Below are positions 13,959 through 23,155 of a stretch of 60,573 bases of DNA, piece after piece. The notes under the pieces were generated by a model, which worked only from the letters and a program-made list of their open reading frames with translations, was not told the origin of the DNA and ran no database searches. Position 1 is the first letter of the stretch, and every line of letters starts with the position of its first letter. Source of the DNA: a virus; IMG/VR virus record IMGVR_UViG_3300045988_108426, positions 1 to 60,573 of that record. The stretch is one strand, 5' to 3'. The position numbers and the translations under genes were made by a program.

Positions 13959-14185
13959 TGAATATGTGTAAGTTTTGTAATAATAAAGCTAAACCTATAA
14001 TTTTAAATGTAGAACAAGACGGCATAATGAACGAGAAAATACAAGTTTTTCAAGCTACAATAAAAGGCAATGAATTGATGTTTGAAATAGTTTCTAATCA
14101 CTTATTAGATTACTTTAATCTTACAACATTAAAAAAACAAATATCTTATTGCCCTATGTGTGGTAGAGAGTTGGTGAAAGAATGA
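13955..14185 (+). CDS. Hypothetical zinc-ribbon protein
   Basis: CKFC...CPMC pairs; start overlaps the upstream stop. Confidence 0.55.
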   Translation: MMNMCKFCNNKAKPIILNVEQDGIMNEKIQVFQATIKGNELMFEIVSNHLLDYFNLTTLKKQISYCPMCGRELVKE

Positions 14186-14436
14186 ACGAATTTTTAAAAT
14201 TTTTTGACGATAAAGCAAAAGACTTCCCTATGCACCTTGAAATCACTTATAGTAAAATATGCGATTGGAATATTTTGATTTATAAAAAAGGCTGCGCTGA
14301 TGATTACCCTGAGGCTAGGCATGACGGCGAAGATGTAATAATTGTCAATGAAAGTGATTGCGACATGGAACTTTGCTTTGCTAGGGCACATGTAGAGCTA
14401 AAAGAATGGCTTTCGGAATTTAATGGAGGATATTAA
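14182..14436 (+). CDS. Hypothetical protein
   Basis: 84-aa ORF with a 4-nt overlap onto the upstream gene. Confidence 0.55.
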   Translation: MNEFLKFFDDKAKDFPMHLEITYSKICDWNILIYKKGCADDYPEARHDGEDVIIVNESDCDMELCFARAHVELKEWLSEFNGGY

Positions 14437-14448
14437 GGCGGTGGAAGA

Positions 14449-14751
14449 ATGAAACATCAAAAAGAATGGCACACTTGCGACAGGTGCGGTGCAGAGATAA
14501 ATATTCCAAAAGAGAAAAAATGGTATGATTGTATAACACCACATTTAAGAAGAATGAAACTTAAAAAACCGGTTAGCTTGAGAGAGTATGAAACAAACAT
14601 TCGTCAAAACATTGTTTTACCGGAACCAGAGCTAAATCAAATTGATAGTATCAGAATTAAAGAATACTATTGTGATGAATTAAAAGACATTGATTTATGC
14701 CATAAGTGCAGGAAAGATTTTGAGAGGTTTATGAGGAATGAGAAGAATTAG
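14449..14751 (+). CDS. Hypothetical zinc-ribbon protein
   Basis: CDRCG...CHKC pairs; GGTGGAAGA SD. Confidence 0.55.
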   Translation: MKHQKEWHTCDRCGAEINIPKEKKWYDCITPHLRRMKLKKPVSLREYETNIRQNIVLPEPELNQIDSIRIKEYYCDELKDIDLCHKCRKDFERFMRNEKN

Positions 14752-15016
14752 AGAAACATTACATTGTCTGCGCTTAGATAGCAGAATAAGGCACAATATA
14801 AGATATGCACAAAGACAATGGTTCTTTTCGTACTTTAAGCACTTTAGAAAAGATTTAAACATGCCATTACCCAATAGCATCAAGCAAGCAAGAGGAATAT
14901 CGAAAACTATTTTAGAAAGAGGGTATATGCAAGACCTTGTACATGATTCTGTAATGCGTATTAGATATTCGAGGAGATGCAATACTCGTGTGTGCAGGGC
15001 TGCTAGGAATGATTAG
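14738..15016 (+). CDS. Possible Arg-rich small protein
   Basis: 92-aa ORF overlapping the upstream end by 14 nt. It fills an otherwise 280-nt gap, but the composition is unusual and an antisense ORF competes. Confidence 0.35.
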   Translation: MRRIRETLHCLRLDSRIRHNIRYAQRQWFFSYFKHFRKDLNMPLPNSIKQARGISKTILERGYMQDLVHDSVMRIRYSRRCNTRVCRAARND

Positions 15017-15029
15017 TGAGGTATGAGAA

Positions 15030-15245
15030 ATGTTTGTTAATATGGGAACCCAAACCTATGAAATGAGCCGCAAGCAGGCAAAAGCTATCCTTGGAACGGC
15101 TAAGAAACTTGCAAATTGCAACATATACGGAATTGAAAAAGGTAATGTGGTAATTATGCTGAATGAAAAGTATGAGGACGATATGAGCCTTAAAAAAGCC
15201 GTAGGGGAGTATAAAAAGAAAGGGTTCAAGGTGCATTGGAAATGA
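15030..15245 (+). CDS. Hypothetical protein
   Basis: 71-aa ORF with GAGGTATGAGAA upstream. Confidence 0.5.
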   Translation: MFVNMGTQTYEMSRKQAKAILGTAKKLANCNIYGIEKGNVVIMLNEKYEDDMSLKKAVGEYKKKGFKVHWK

Positions 15246-15706
15246 AAACACTAGTTGATTTTATCAAAAATTTGAAATCTTTTTATCAGTTTTATAAAGA
15301 TTATAAATATAACGGTGCTGAATGTGAGTTTATTATCGAGAATTATCAAGAAGTTTTATGTAGCCGAACAAAAACTATGAGCAAGCCGACATATTATGCA
15401 AATTCCGTTATCGGAGAGATGGATAGGTGGTATGAAGATTCTTGGAAATCTATGTATAAATGCGAACCATTTGAGCCAGAAGAAGAAAAAATTATGATAA
15501 AATCCGATGGCAAAACCGCACAAGTGTTTATTGACGGCAAAAAAGTAAGCTGCACGGACATGGAGTTGCATTTTATCGCTCATGCAAAGCAAAGTCCAAT
15601 GATTAAAGTTGATGCACGATGGCATAAAACGGATGAAAACGGAAACATGATTCTGAATGAGGATAGAACCGCCGTATTAACAGAGGGCATTAAAATAAAT
15701 TGTTAG
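15236..15706 (+). CDS. Hypothetical protein
   Basis: 156-aa ORF overlapping the upstream gene by 10 nt. Confidence 0.55.
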   Translation: MEMKTLVDFIKNLKSFYQFYKDYKYNGAECEFIIENYQEVLCSRTKTMSKPTYYANSVIGEMDRWYEDSWKSMYKCEPFEPEEEKIMIKSDGKTAQVFIDGKKVSCTDMELHFIAHAKQSPMIKVDARWHKTDENGNMILNEDRTAVLTEGIKINC

Positions 15707-15718
15707 GAGTGTTTGAAA

Positions 15719-15949
15719 ATGAAAATAATGGTATTGTTTGCGATAACAGGAGCCGCATTTTTGTTCTTGGGTGTATATCTTCTAATTGACTATATAATAA
15801 CAGGACAAAGACTTAAACTAAATCAAAAGGCTTGGGATGAATACAGTGCAAATATGGATTTTGACAGAAAGCTTGATGTGTATGTGTCTTGGTGCGAAGA
15901 ACAAAAGATGAAAAACGGATGGCATAATTATTATTTTCCAAAATTTTAA
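15719..15949 (+). CDS. Hypothetical single-pass membrane protein
   Basis: The ATG at 15719 follows TAGGAG; N-terminal TM segment IMVLFAITGAAFLFLGVYLLIDYII. Confidence 0.55.
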   Translation: MKIMVLFAITGAAFLFLGVYLLIDYIITGQRLKLNQKAWDEYSANMDFDRKLDVYVSWCEEQKMKNGWHNYYFPKF

Positions 15950-15960
15950 GGAGCAAAGTG

Positions 15961-16155
15961 ATGAAAATATCAGAGATGAATAAATGTATTGAAGAAATGC
16001 GTGATTGTTACAGATTTAAAGATGATGAAACAGAAATAAGACTTGGCAACATACCAAGTTGTGGCTGTGACAGATATGTAACTGTCGGCACAAGGGACGA
16101 AAACGGAACACAGATTGAAATGACAAGATATGCGGATGAACTGAACAAGGAGTGA
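15961..16155 (+). CDS. Hypothetical protein
   Basis: AAGGAG lies 7 nt before the ATG at 15961. Confidence 0.5.
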   Translation: MKISEMNKCIEEMRDCYRFKDDETEIRLGNIPSCGCDRYVTVGTRDENGTQIEMTRYADELNKE

Positions 16156-16159
16156 GAAT

Positions 16160-16594
16160 ATGCTGATAGTTTCATTGCAGGATGATGTAGGGCATTATGC
16201 GATATGGGACACAAATGATAAGAAATTTTTAGGAGTTAATCTGACAGTGCATGGAGCTATTGCAAAAATTCTTGATAACAGACGGACCTATACATATGAA
16301 GATGCAATAGAAAAGTTGGAACACGCACAACCATTTTCGGAAATAGCAGCTCATATTAGTGTTGGAAACTTTAGTGACGAGGAAAAAACATTAAAAGAAA
16401 AGATACATGATTTGGAAGAAATTGTTGACACGAAATTGGGTGGATGGACTAAAGATAGAAAATATGGTCTATCATTGGCAGAACTAACGACAGCACTTGA
16501 AAAAGCTGACAAATACGATAAAATTGAAAAATGGTTAAAAAAAGAGATTAAATATACTAGAAAGAATATGCCATTTTTGTATAAAAATGATTGA
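16160..16594 (+). CDS. Hypothetical protein
   Basis: 144-aa ORF, co-oriented. Confidence 0.55.
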   Translation: MLIVSLQDDVGHYAIWDTNDKKFLGVNLTVHGAIAKILDNRRTYTYEDAIEKLEHAQPFSEIAAHISVGNFSDEEKTLKEKIHDLEEIVDTKLGGWTKDRKYGLSLAELTTALEKADKYDKIEKWLKKEIKYTRKNMPFLYKND

Positions 16595-16728
16595 TTGTAT
16601 GCAGGTGACAAAAATAAAGTAAAATTATTTGAAAGTTATATAAAATTTTACGAACACATATTAAAACAAATGGAATAGAAACTTACCGGCTAACAAATAG
16701 AGTTAGTCGCTACCCTAAAACAATTATA

Positions 16729-16779
16729 GGCAGAGGTCTATAAGCACCTCTGCTAAAGAAAGCGAGGTGCTTCTTTTTT
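16729..16779 (+). promoter_or_regulatory. Two mutually exclusive hairpins upstream of terL; the downstream one is terminator-like and sequesters the terL SD
   Basis: Hairpin A: GGCAGAGGT (16729-16737) with ACCTCTGCT (16746-16754). Hairpin B: AAGCACCTC (16742-16750) with GAGGTGCTT (16764-16772), followed by CTTTTTT. The two share 16746-16750. Confidence 0.5.
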
Positions 16780-18523
16780 GGCATCTAAATATCTTAAAGA
16801 AACAGTTCAAAGTTATGAAAATTACATAGAGAAAAATGGAATAGATGAAAGTGTTATAAATGCTTATGTTGAAGCTGTAGAAGTTGCTTTGCTGACGGAA
16901 AAAGACAAAGAATACGGCTTGAAATTGTCTGCAAAGGCAAAAGAGTTAATTTTTGAATACATAAGTATAGTTACAAATGGTGCGGATTTTAAATGGCTTG
17001 AAGAACAATCACAAACAAACAAGCAAACATATGAAATTATAGAAAAATATTACAAGGTTTTACTTTATGAAGCACCAATGCTACTTGATAGCTATATTTT
17101 ATACATTGAAAAAAACAGACCCCGAAAAGAAAGGTTCTATGAGCCTAGAAGAAAAACACTCAAACAAGTTGTAGATAAAATTCAAGAATTAGAAGATGGA
17201 AAACTTGACGAGTTGTTTATACATATGCCACCAAGAATAGGTAAATCCCAAATTATAACACTAGCTATGTCGTGGCATTGTGCAAAAGATACGGAAAAAA
17301 GCAATTTATATATAACATATAAAGAGGGATTGGGCGGAGCTTTTCTTACTGGTGTGATGGAAATATGGACTGACCCTACATATTGTTTTGCTGATTTATT
17401 TCCGGACATTAAAGTTGCGTGTACTGATGCTAAAAACAACAAAGTAGATTTAAAACGAAAGAAAAAATACAAAACATTGTCAGGAAAAGGGCTGGAAAGT
17501 GGTCTTAATGGTGAGTATGACGCATACGGCTGGATGGTACTTGATGATATTTTAGAGGGTATTCAAGATGTACTTAATCCTGAGACACTTAAACGAAAAC
17601 AGATAATATTTGACAACAATGTAATGTCACGAAAAAAAGAACAATGCAAACTCATACATAACGGTACAATTTGGAGTTTACATGACCTTTATAGTGACAG
17701 ATTAGATTTCTTACAAAATAATCCTGAAGCAAAAGATATTAGATATGAAATTTTAAAAATCCCGGCACTTGATGAAAATGACGAAAGTAACTTTGATTAT
17801 GATTACGGAGTTGGATATACAACGCAGTATTATCGAACATTAAGAGCAAAATTTGAAGAAAATGATGATATGGCTTCTTGGTATGCTCAGTATCAGCAAG
17901 AGCCTATTGAAAGAGATGGAGCAGTATTCAATCCTGAGCATATGAAATTTTACAATGGCGTACTTCCGAAAGAAGAACCATACAGAATATGTGCGGCTTG
18001 CGATGTTGCTTTAGGCGGAGAAGATTTCCTTGCATTTGCGGTAGCTTATATGTATGAGGATAACTCAATATATATAGATGATGTTGTTTTCGATAACAAC
18101 GAAAAGAAATTTACAAAGCCAAAAGTTGTAAATATGATTATAGACCATGATGTCGGGTCAGCATATTTTGAAGCAAATCAAGGCGGCGAGGGTTACAAAG
18201 ATGAAGTTGATGTAATGTTGCAAGCAAAAGGGAAAAAAATCAATTTGAGGTCGGAATACGCACCAACGAATAAAAGAAAAACTCAAAGGATATGGGACAA
18301 AGCAGGAAGCATAAGAGAATTTTATTTTCGTGATGTTGGATGCAGAAGTCAAGAATACAGGAAATTTATGACAAACTTATACAGTTTTACAATAACAGGA
18401 AAAAACAAACATGAAGATGCGGCTGACTGCCTTGCGTCATTAGCATATTTCATTGAGGGTAATTGGAGTGCCGCAAAAGTTGAAGCGGCTGTAAATCCTT
18501 TTAGTAGCGGTAGGAGGTATTGA
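16778..18523 (+). CDS. terL: Terminase large subunit (TTG start)
   Basis: Walker A PPRIGKSQ, Walker B WMVLDD, and a C-terminal RNaseH-like nuclease region (CDVALGGEDF, EANQGGEG, HEDAADCL). 581 aa. Confidence 0.9.
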   Translation: MASKYLKETVQSYENYIEKNGIDESVINAYVEAVEVALLTEKDKEYGLKLSAKAKELIFEYISIVTNGADFKWLEEQSQTNKQTYEIIEKYYKVLLYEAPMLLDSYILYIEKNRPRKERFYEPRRKTLKQVVDKIQELEDGKLDELFIHMPPRIGKSQIITLAMSWHCAKDTEKSNLYITYKEGLGGAFLTGVMEIWTDPTYCFADLFPDIKVACTDAKNNKVDLKRKKKYKTLSGKGLESGLNGEYDAYGWMVLDDILEGIQDVLNPETLKRKQIIFDNNVMSRKKEQCKLIHNGTIWSLHDLYSDRLDFLQNNPEAKDIRYEILKIPALDENDESNFDYDYGVGYTTQYYRTLRAKFEENDDMASWYAQYQQEPIERDGAVFNPEHMKFYNGVLPKEEPYRICAACDVALGGEDFLAFAVAYMYEDNSIYIDDVVFDNNEKKFTKPKVVNMIIDHDVGSAYFEANQGGEGYKDEVDVMLQAKGKKINLRSEYAPTNKRKTQRIWDKAGSIREFYFRDVGCRSQEYRKFMTNLYSFTITGKNKHEDAADCLASLAYFIEGNWSAAKVEAAVNPFSSGRRY

Positions 18524-18526
18524 CAT

Positions 18527-18952
18527 ATGACGACAAAAGACTATCTTAATCAAATCAATAGATTAAATATGCTGATAAATAATAAATTACTGGAAATTTC
18601 ACAATATAGAGAATTGTCTTGTAGTATATCGGCAGTAAAAAATGAAGAAAAGGTTATGACAAGTCCTAACCAAGACAAAATTGGTACAAACATAGCTAAA
18701 ATTGATGAAATGGAACGAAAACTTGATGAAATCATAGATGATTATATAGCACTGAAGGAAAAAATAAAGCAACAAATAAATAAACTTCCTAAAGAAAAAC
18801 ATAAAATAATTTTATATGAAAAATATATAAAATTTAAAAGTATTTCAGAAATTTCAAAAAAAATGGATATGACAGACAGAGGATGTAAAAAAGCACATAA
18901 AAAAGCGTTGGAAGAATTTGAAAAAATAAATAAAATACAATATACAGTATAG
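18527..18952 (+). CDS. Sigma-70 region-4-like phage transcriptional regulator (DUF1492/RinA-ArpU-like class)
   Basis: N-terminal YLNQINRLNMLINNK and a C-terminal HTH SISEISKKMDMTDRGCKKAHKKALEEF. Confidence 0.5.
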   Translation: MTTKDYLNQINRLNMLINNKLLEISQYRELSCSISAVKNEEKVMTSPNQDKIGTNIAKIDEMERKLDEIIDDYIALKEKIKQQINKLPKEKHKIILYEKYIKFKSISEISKKMDMTDRGCKKAHKKALEEFEKINKIQYTV

Positions 18953-18955
18953 GTA

Positions 18956-18985
18956 TTGACAGTTCACTACTATATGTAGTATAAT
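18956..18985 (+). promoter_or_regulatory. Promoter TTGACA-18-TATAAT followed by a structured leader
   Basis: TTGACA at 18956-18961, TATAAT at 18980-18985. The leader contains ATATGGGA (19000-19007) pairing with TCCCATAT (19046-19053). Confidence 0.6.
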
Positions 18986-19091
18986 TGTAATATGAAAAAA
19001 TATGGGATAGGGTAGCTCCCGACAAAGATAAAAGCCTATTATCTTTCCCATATCATAATAAATAGGTGTTTGCAGAAAGGCAGTAGACAAT

Positions 19092-19715
19092 ATGAGTAAA
19101 ATAGAAGCAGAACTTGACGGTATAGAAACTGAATATGACCCGAATTATGGAAGCCGTGGCAGACGTGGGACATATTTGTATAAAATACCATGTGCTATAT
19201 GTGGGAAAATAGTAAGAAGAGTTTGTTATACTAGGACAATTACATATTTATGTGATTATTGTAAAACAACGATAAGAAAGAAAAAAGAAATATCAAAAGA
19301 ACTTTTGGAAGTGAAAACTCCGAAAGAAAAACAATTTGATAAGGCGGTAAACAAAATTAAAAAACAAGTTTTTGATTTTAGTTTGTACGAAAAAGCAATT
19401 AAAATTGCAGAAATAAGACAAGAATTATACGGCAGTATTCCAGAAGCGATGGTTGCAATCGAATTGCTGAGGTTGGGATACAGCATAATACCTCAGCAAA
19501 AGATAAAGAAATATAAAGTTGACTTTGCTATTCCAAAAGAAAAGATTATTATAGAAGTAGACGGCTCGTTGTATCATAAAGATGTATATAAAGGAGAAAG
19601 AGAAGCTATAATACAATTATCTTTAGGGCTTGACTGGAAAATCATTCATGTTCCAGCAGAAAAAATAGCAGAAAATATTACTAAACTGAAACAAGTCATA
19701 GAAGTTTTGAAATAA
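19092..19715 (+). CDS. Zinc-finger plus DUF559/Vsr-like endonuclease-fold protein
   Basis: N-terminal CAICG...CDYC. The C-terminal EAMVAIELLRLGYSIIPQQKI..YKVDFAIP..KIIIEVDGSLYH...DWKIIHV resembles the DUF559 restriction-endonuclease-like fold. Confidence 0.55.
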   Translation: MSKIEAELDGIETEYDPNYGSRGRRGTYLYKIPCAICGKIVRRVCYTRTITYLCDYCKTTIRKKKEISKELLEVKTPKEKQFDKAVNKIKKQVFDFSLYEKAIKIAEIRQELYGSIPEAMVAIELLRLGYSIIPQQKIKKYKVDFAIPKEKIIIEVDGSLYHKDVYKGEREAIIQLSLGLDWKIIHVPAEKIAENITKLKQVIEVLK

Positions 19716-19782
19716 AATAAAATCTTTTCAGTGCGTATCACTTTTTAACAGGTGGTACGCATTTTTTACGGAGAAAAACAGA

Positions 19783-19974
19783 ATGAAAAGTAAAATGATA
19801 TATTGTCCTCAATGCAGGCGAAAAGTCGCTACATATGATGGGCGAGCAACGATAAATAAAATTGCAAAATGCAAAAAATGTAATTTACAAGTTATTTATG
19901 ATGTTGCAAGGGATGAAACAACAGTTAAGCCGTTACCAAAAAGAGAAACATCTAGCGGTACTGTTTTATATTAG
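19783..19974 (+). CDS. Com-like zinc-ribbon protein
   Basis: CPQCRRK...CKKCN; size and spacing resemble Mu Com-type small zinc-finger regulators. Confidence 0.4.
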   Translation: MKSKMIYCPQCRRKVATYDGRATINKIAKCKKCNLQVIYDVARDETTVKPLPKRETSSGTVLY

Positions 19975-19982
19975 GAGGGAAT

Positions 19983-21446
19983 ATGCGAAATACAAGACCT
20001 CTGAGAGATATTATAAAAGGAAATTATGGCAGAAAAGTATTATATACTACTGCGGAGACAATAACACAGGACAACATATTAAAGGTTGTCGGTGATGTTA
20101 TCGGAAATTTCTATTATAACAAAACTATAACAGATTATTTGTGGCGATATTACAAAGGCGACCAACCGGTACTATACAGAACAAAAGTTGCAAATGATGA
20201 TATTATAAACAAAATTGTAGAAAATCATGCATATGAGATAGTGCAATTCAAAGTCGGACAAACCTATGGGGAGCCGGTACAATTTGTGAGTAGAAAAGAT
20301 GACGATGCCGTAAATAATGCCGTTGATGAACTTAACGACTATATGTCAGATGCAAATAAACAAGAAAAAGACATTAAGTCGGGTGAATGGCAGTCGGCAA
20401 CAGGAACATCATTTAAAGCATTACAGTTTTCTGATGGTGACATACCATTCAGAATTGTGTGTCCTACACCCATGAATACTTTTGTTATTTACAATTTAAG
20501 TACAGAAGAACCTATGCTTGCGGTACAAGAATTAAAGGACTTTGAGGGCAACTATTACAAGTTGTGCTACACAAATACAAACTCATGTATTATTAGAGAC
20601 GGCGTTGTTTCTGAATGGAAACTACATGGTTTTGGCAGTATTCCTATCGTTGAGTTTCCAAACAATCACGAAAGATTGTCTGATATTGAAATTGTTATAG
20701 ATATGTTAGATGCTATTAACAATATGCAGTCTAACAGAATGGATGGAGTTGAACAGTTTGTTCAGTATTGGGTCAAGTTTATAAATTGTGAGATTGATGA
20801 AGAAACATTTGCAAAAATGAAAGAAAGCCATGCACTTGCGGTCAAGTCGGTCAATAAAGACAATAAATCAGATGTTGACATTATGACGCAAGAACTTAAT
20901 CAGACACAATGTCAAGTTGCAAAAGATGATTTGTGGGAAAACGCACAAGGTGTTCTTGCTATGCCAACAAGGGAAAATCAAAATTCCGGGGGCGACACGC
21001 AGGGGGCCGTATCTCTTCGAGCAGGATGGGACTTTTCTAAAACTAGAGCAAAGTTAAAAGACCCGATTGTTAAGTCGTCAGAAAAACGGCTTGCTAAAGT
21101 AGCTTTAAATATTATTCGTATTAAAGACCATGATTTAGGTATAACATTAAGAGATTTTGATGTACAGATAAATCATAGCCCACAAGATAATATGTACACT
21201 AAGGCTCAGACATTGTTACAGCTTTTACAGTGCGGCATACATCCGCTTATAGCAATAAAAACAGTAGGATTGTGGGGAGATGCAGAAAAGACATTCTTGC
21301 TATCACAGCCGTACATAGATAACCTTTGGAAGACTATTGATGATGTAGAAGAACAAGAAGCAAGAGCAAAAAAGATAGTACAGCAAATGAATAACGGCAA
21401 TCAGTTGAATGATAATAAAAGTGAAACAGCTATCGGGCAAAACTAG
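19983..21446 (+). CDS. Portal protein (SPP1 gp6-like)
   Basis: 487 aa at the canonical position; YYKGDQPVLYRTK and the overall pattern fit SPP1-type portals. Confidence 0.85.
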   Translation: MRNTRPLRDIIKGNYGRKVLYTTAETITQDNILKVVGDVIGNFYYNKTITDYLWRYYKGDQPVLYRTKVANDDIINKIVENHAYEIVQFKVGQTYGEPVQFVSRKDDDAVNNAVDELNDYMSDANKQEKDIKSGEWQSATGTSFKALQFSDGDIPFRIVCPTPMNTFVIYNLSTEEPMLAVQELKDFEGNYYKLCYTNTNSCIIRDGVVSEWKLHGFGSIPIVEFPNNHERLSDIEIVIDMLDAINNMQSNRMDGVEQFVQYWVKFINCEIDEETFAKMKESHALAVKSVNKDNKSDVDIMTQELNQTQCQVAKDDLWENAQGVLAMPTRENQNSGGDTQGAVSLRAGWDFSKTRAKLKDPIVKSSEKRLAKVALNIIRIKDHDLGITLRDFDVQINHSPQDNMYTKAQTLLQLLQCGIHPLIAIKTVGLWGDAEKTFLLSQPYIDNLWKTIDDVEEQEARAKKIVQQMNNGNQLNDNKSETAIGQN

Positions 21447-21484
21447 TAGCTGTTTTTACTTTGCAAAAATGAGGAAACAATAAC

Positions 21485-22111
21485 ATGAGCGTACAAGATT
21501 TTGACGAACTAGATATAATCGGGAAACCATTGTCATATGAAAAATATTTTGGCGAAATGGAAATCACCGATAAAGAAAAGCAAGAAAGAATAAAACTTGC
21601 TAAAAAGTTTGAAAGTATGTTTTTTAGTTTGTTCCTCATGCTGTTAGATGAAAACAAAGATATTGAAAATTGTTATAAGATTGCAGATGAAGAATACTGC
21701 AAAATAGCAACAAAGTTTTTAAATACAAAACAAACACCGGCATACATCAACGATTATGCCGCACAAATAACAATGTCTGTCATAGACACGACAATTAAAA
21801 ATTTAAACAGTGATTATTATACTTCACAAGACAGAGCAATGAATATAGCCGCAAACGAAGCTAACTCGGTTGGCAATTATCGTGAGCAAGTTGAAATGGT
21901 AAAGCAAGGTTACAAATTCAAAGTGTGGCGAACGATGGAAGATGATAGAGTTAGGCATACACATACAGAAGTAGATAACACAAAAATAGGAATATTTGAG
22001 CATTTTAATGTTGGCGGTTCAGAAATGATGTTCCCGAAAGATACATCATTAGGAGCAAGCGAAGAAGAAATCGTTAATTGTAGATGCTCACTTGAATACT
22101 TGAAAAATTAG
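21485..22111 (+). CDS. Head morphogenesis protein (SPP1 gp7 / Mu F-like)
   Basis: WRTMEDDRVRHTHTEVDNTKI motif; position immediately after the portal. Confidence 0.8.
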   Translation: MSVQDFDELDIIGKPLSYEKYFGEMEITDKEKQERIKLAKKFESMFFSLFLMLLDENKDIENCYKIADEEYCKIATKFLNTKQTPAYINDYAAQITMSVIDTTIKNLNSDYYTSQDRAMNIAANEANSVGNYREQVEMVKQGYKFKVWRTMEDDRVRHTHTEVDNTKIGIFEHFNVGGSEMMFPKDTSLGASEEEIVNCRCSLEYLKN

Positions 22112-22221
22112 CAATCCATAAGGGTTGCTTTTTTAATACAAATTTTGCACCTATGCGGTAAATAGGAGAACTCAGCAGGAGCGACCTGCGGTAACAAAAG
22201 CGTGAGTTTACGGAGGCAATT

Positions 22222-22782
22222 ATGACAAGAAACGATGTATTAAAACTTTTCCCGGATGCAACAGAGGAACAGATTACAAACATTCTGAATCAGAACAATT
22301 CAGAAGTTGCAAGAGAAAAAGCTAAAACAGCACAGTTCAAGGAAAAAGCTGAAAAGACTGACGAACTGCAAAACAAGATTGATGAAATCGAAGCTGGAAA
22401 CTTAACAGAAGTTGAAAAAGCAAACAAAGCCTTAGAAGCGGCTAATCAGCAGATAGCAGAGTTACAGAAAAGCAATGCTATCAGAGATTTGCGCGAGAAA
22501 GCTATGACTGATTTCAAAATCACAGCAGAACAGGCAAAGACAGTTGTTAAAGATGATGGAAGTTTTGATACTGCGGAGCTTGGAAAAATTATCACAGACA
22601 AAGAAACAGCTTCAGCACAGGCTAAAGAACAGGAGATTGCAAACAACACAACAAATCCGGGCGGTAGTAGTGCTGACAATAACAATGAAAATAAAAAGCC
22701 GGCAGATGTAGAAAATGCTGAAAAAATTATTTTTGGTGAATCGTCGGCAAATGTTGAAGCAAAAAATGAATATGTTTTATAG
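22222..22782 (+). CDS. Scaffolding protein
   Basis: Acidic, coiled-coil-rich 186 aa located just upstream of the capsid genes. Confidence 0.7.
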   Translation: MTRNDVLKLFPDATEEQITNILNQNNSEVAREKAKTAQFKEKAEKTDELQNKIDEIEAGNLTEVEKANKALEAANQQIAELQKSNAIRDLREKAMTDFKITAEQAKTVVKDDGSFDTAELGKIITDKETASAQAKEQEIANNTTNPGGSSADNNNENKKPADVENAEKIIFGESSANVEAKNEYVL

Positions 22783-22792
22783 GAGGTAAACA

Positions 22793-23137
22793 ATGGGAAA
22801 ACCTATTGAAAGAGATTTCACACAAAGTAAAGGGATTTTGAAATTTTTCCCTTATGAGGGTGCGGCGTGCATAGTACCGCAGACGATGGTAGCTGATGCG
22901 GACACAAATGGCCGCAAGATTGTTAAAGCGGGAACACCATTCCCTAGCAATGACGAGGATTGCGTAGGTTATCTGCTTAAAGATGTAGATGTAACGCAGG
23001 GTGACGCACCAGGAACTTATGTATATCAGGGAACTATCGACTGGGAAAAAGTGAAAGGACTTTCAATCGCAGAAGCGGCTAGAAAGGCAACACCTAGAGT
23101 AACTTTTTACGGTGCAACAGCATTAGTAGGCGAATAA
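22793..23137 (+). CDS. Head decoration-like or small capsid-associated protein
   Basis: 114 aa directly upstream of a gpE-type major capsid gene (the gpD position). Confidence 0.45.
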   Translation: MGKPIERDFTQSKGILKFFPYEGAACIVPQTMVADADTNGRKIVKAGTPFPSNDEDCVGYLLKDVDVTQGDAPGTYVYQGTIDWEKVKGLSIAEAARKATPRVTFYGATALVGE

Positions 23138-23155
23138 TAGGAGGTAAATAGAACT

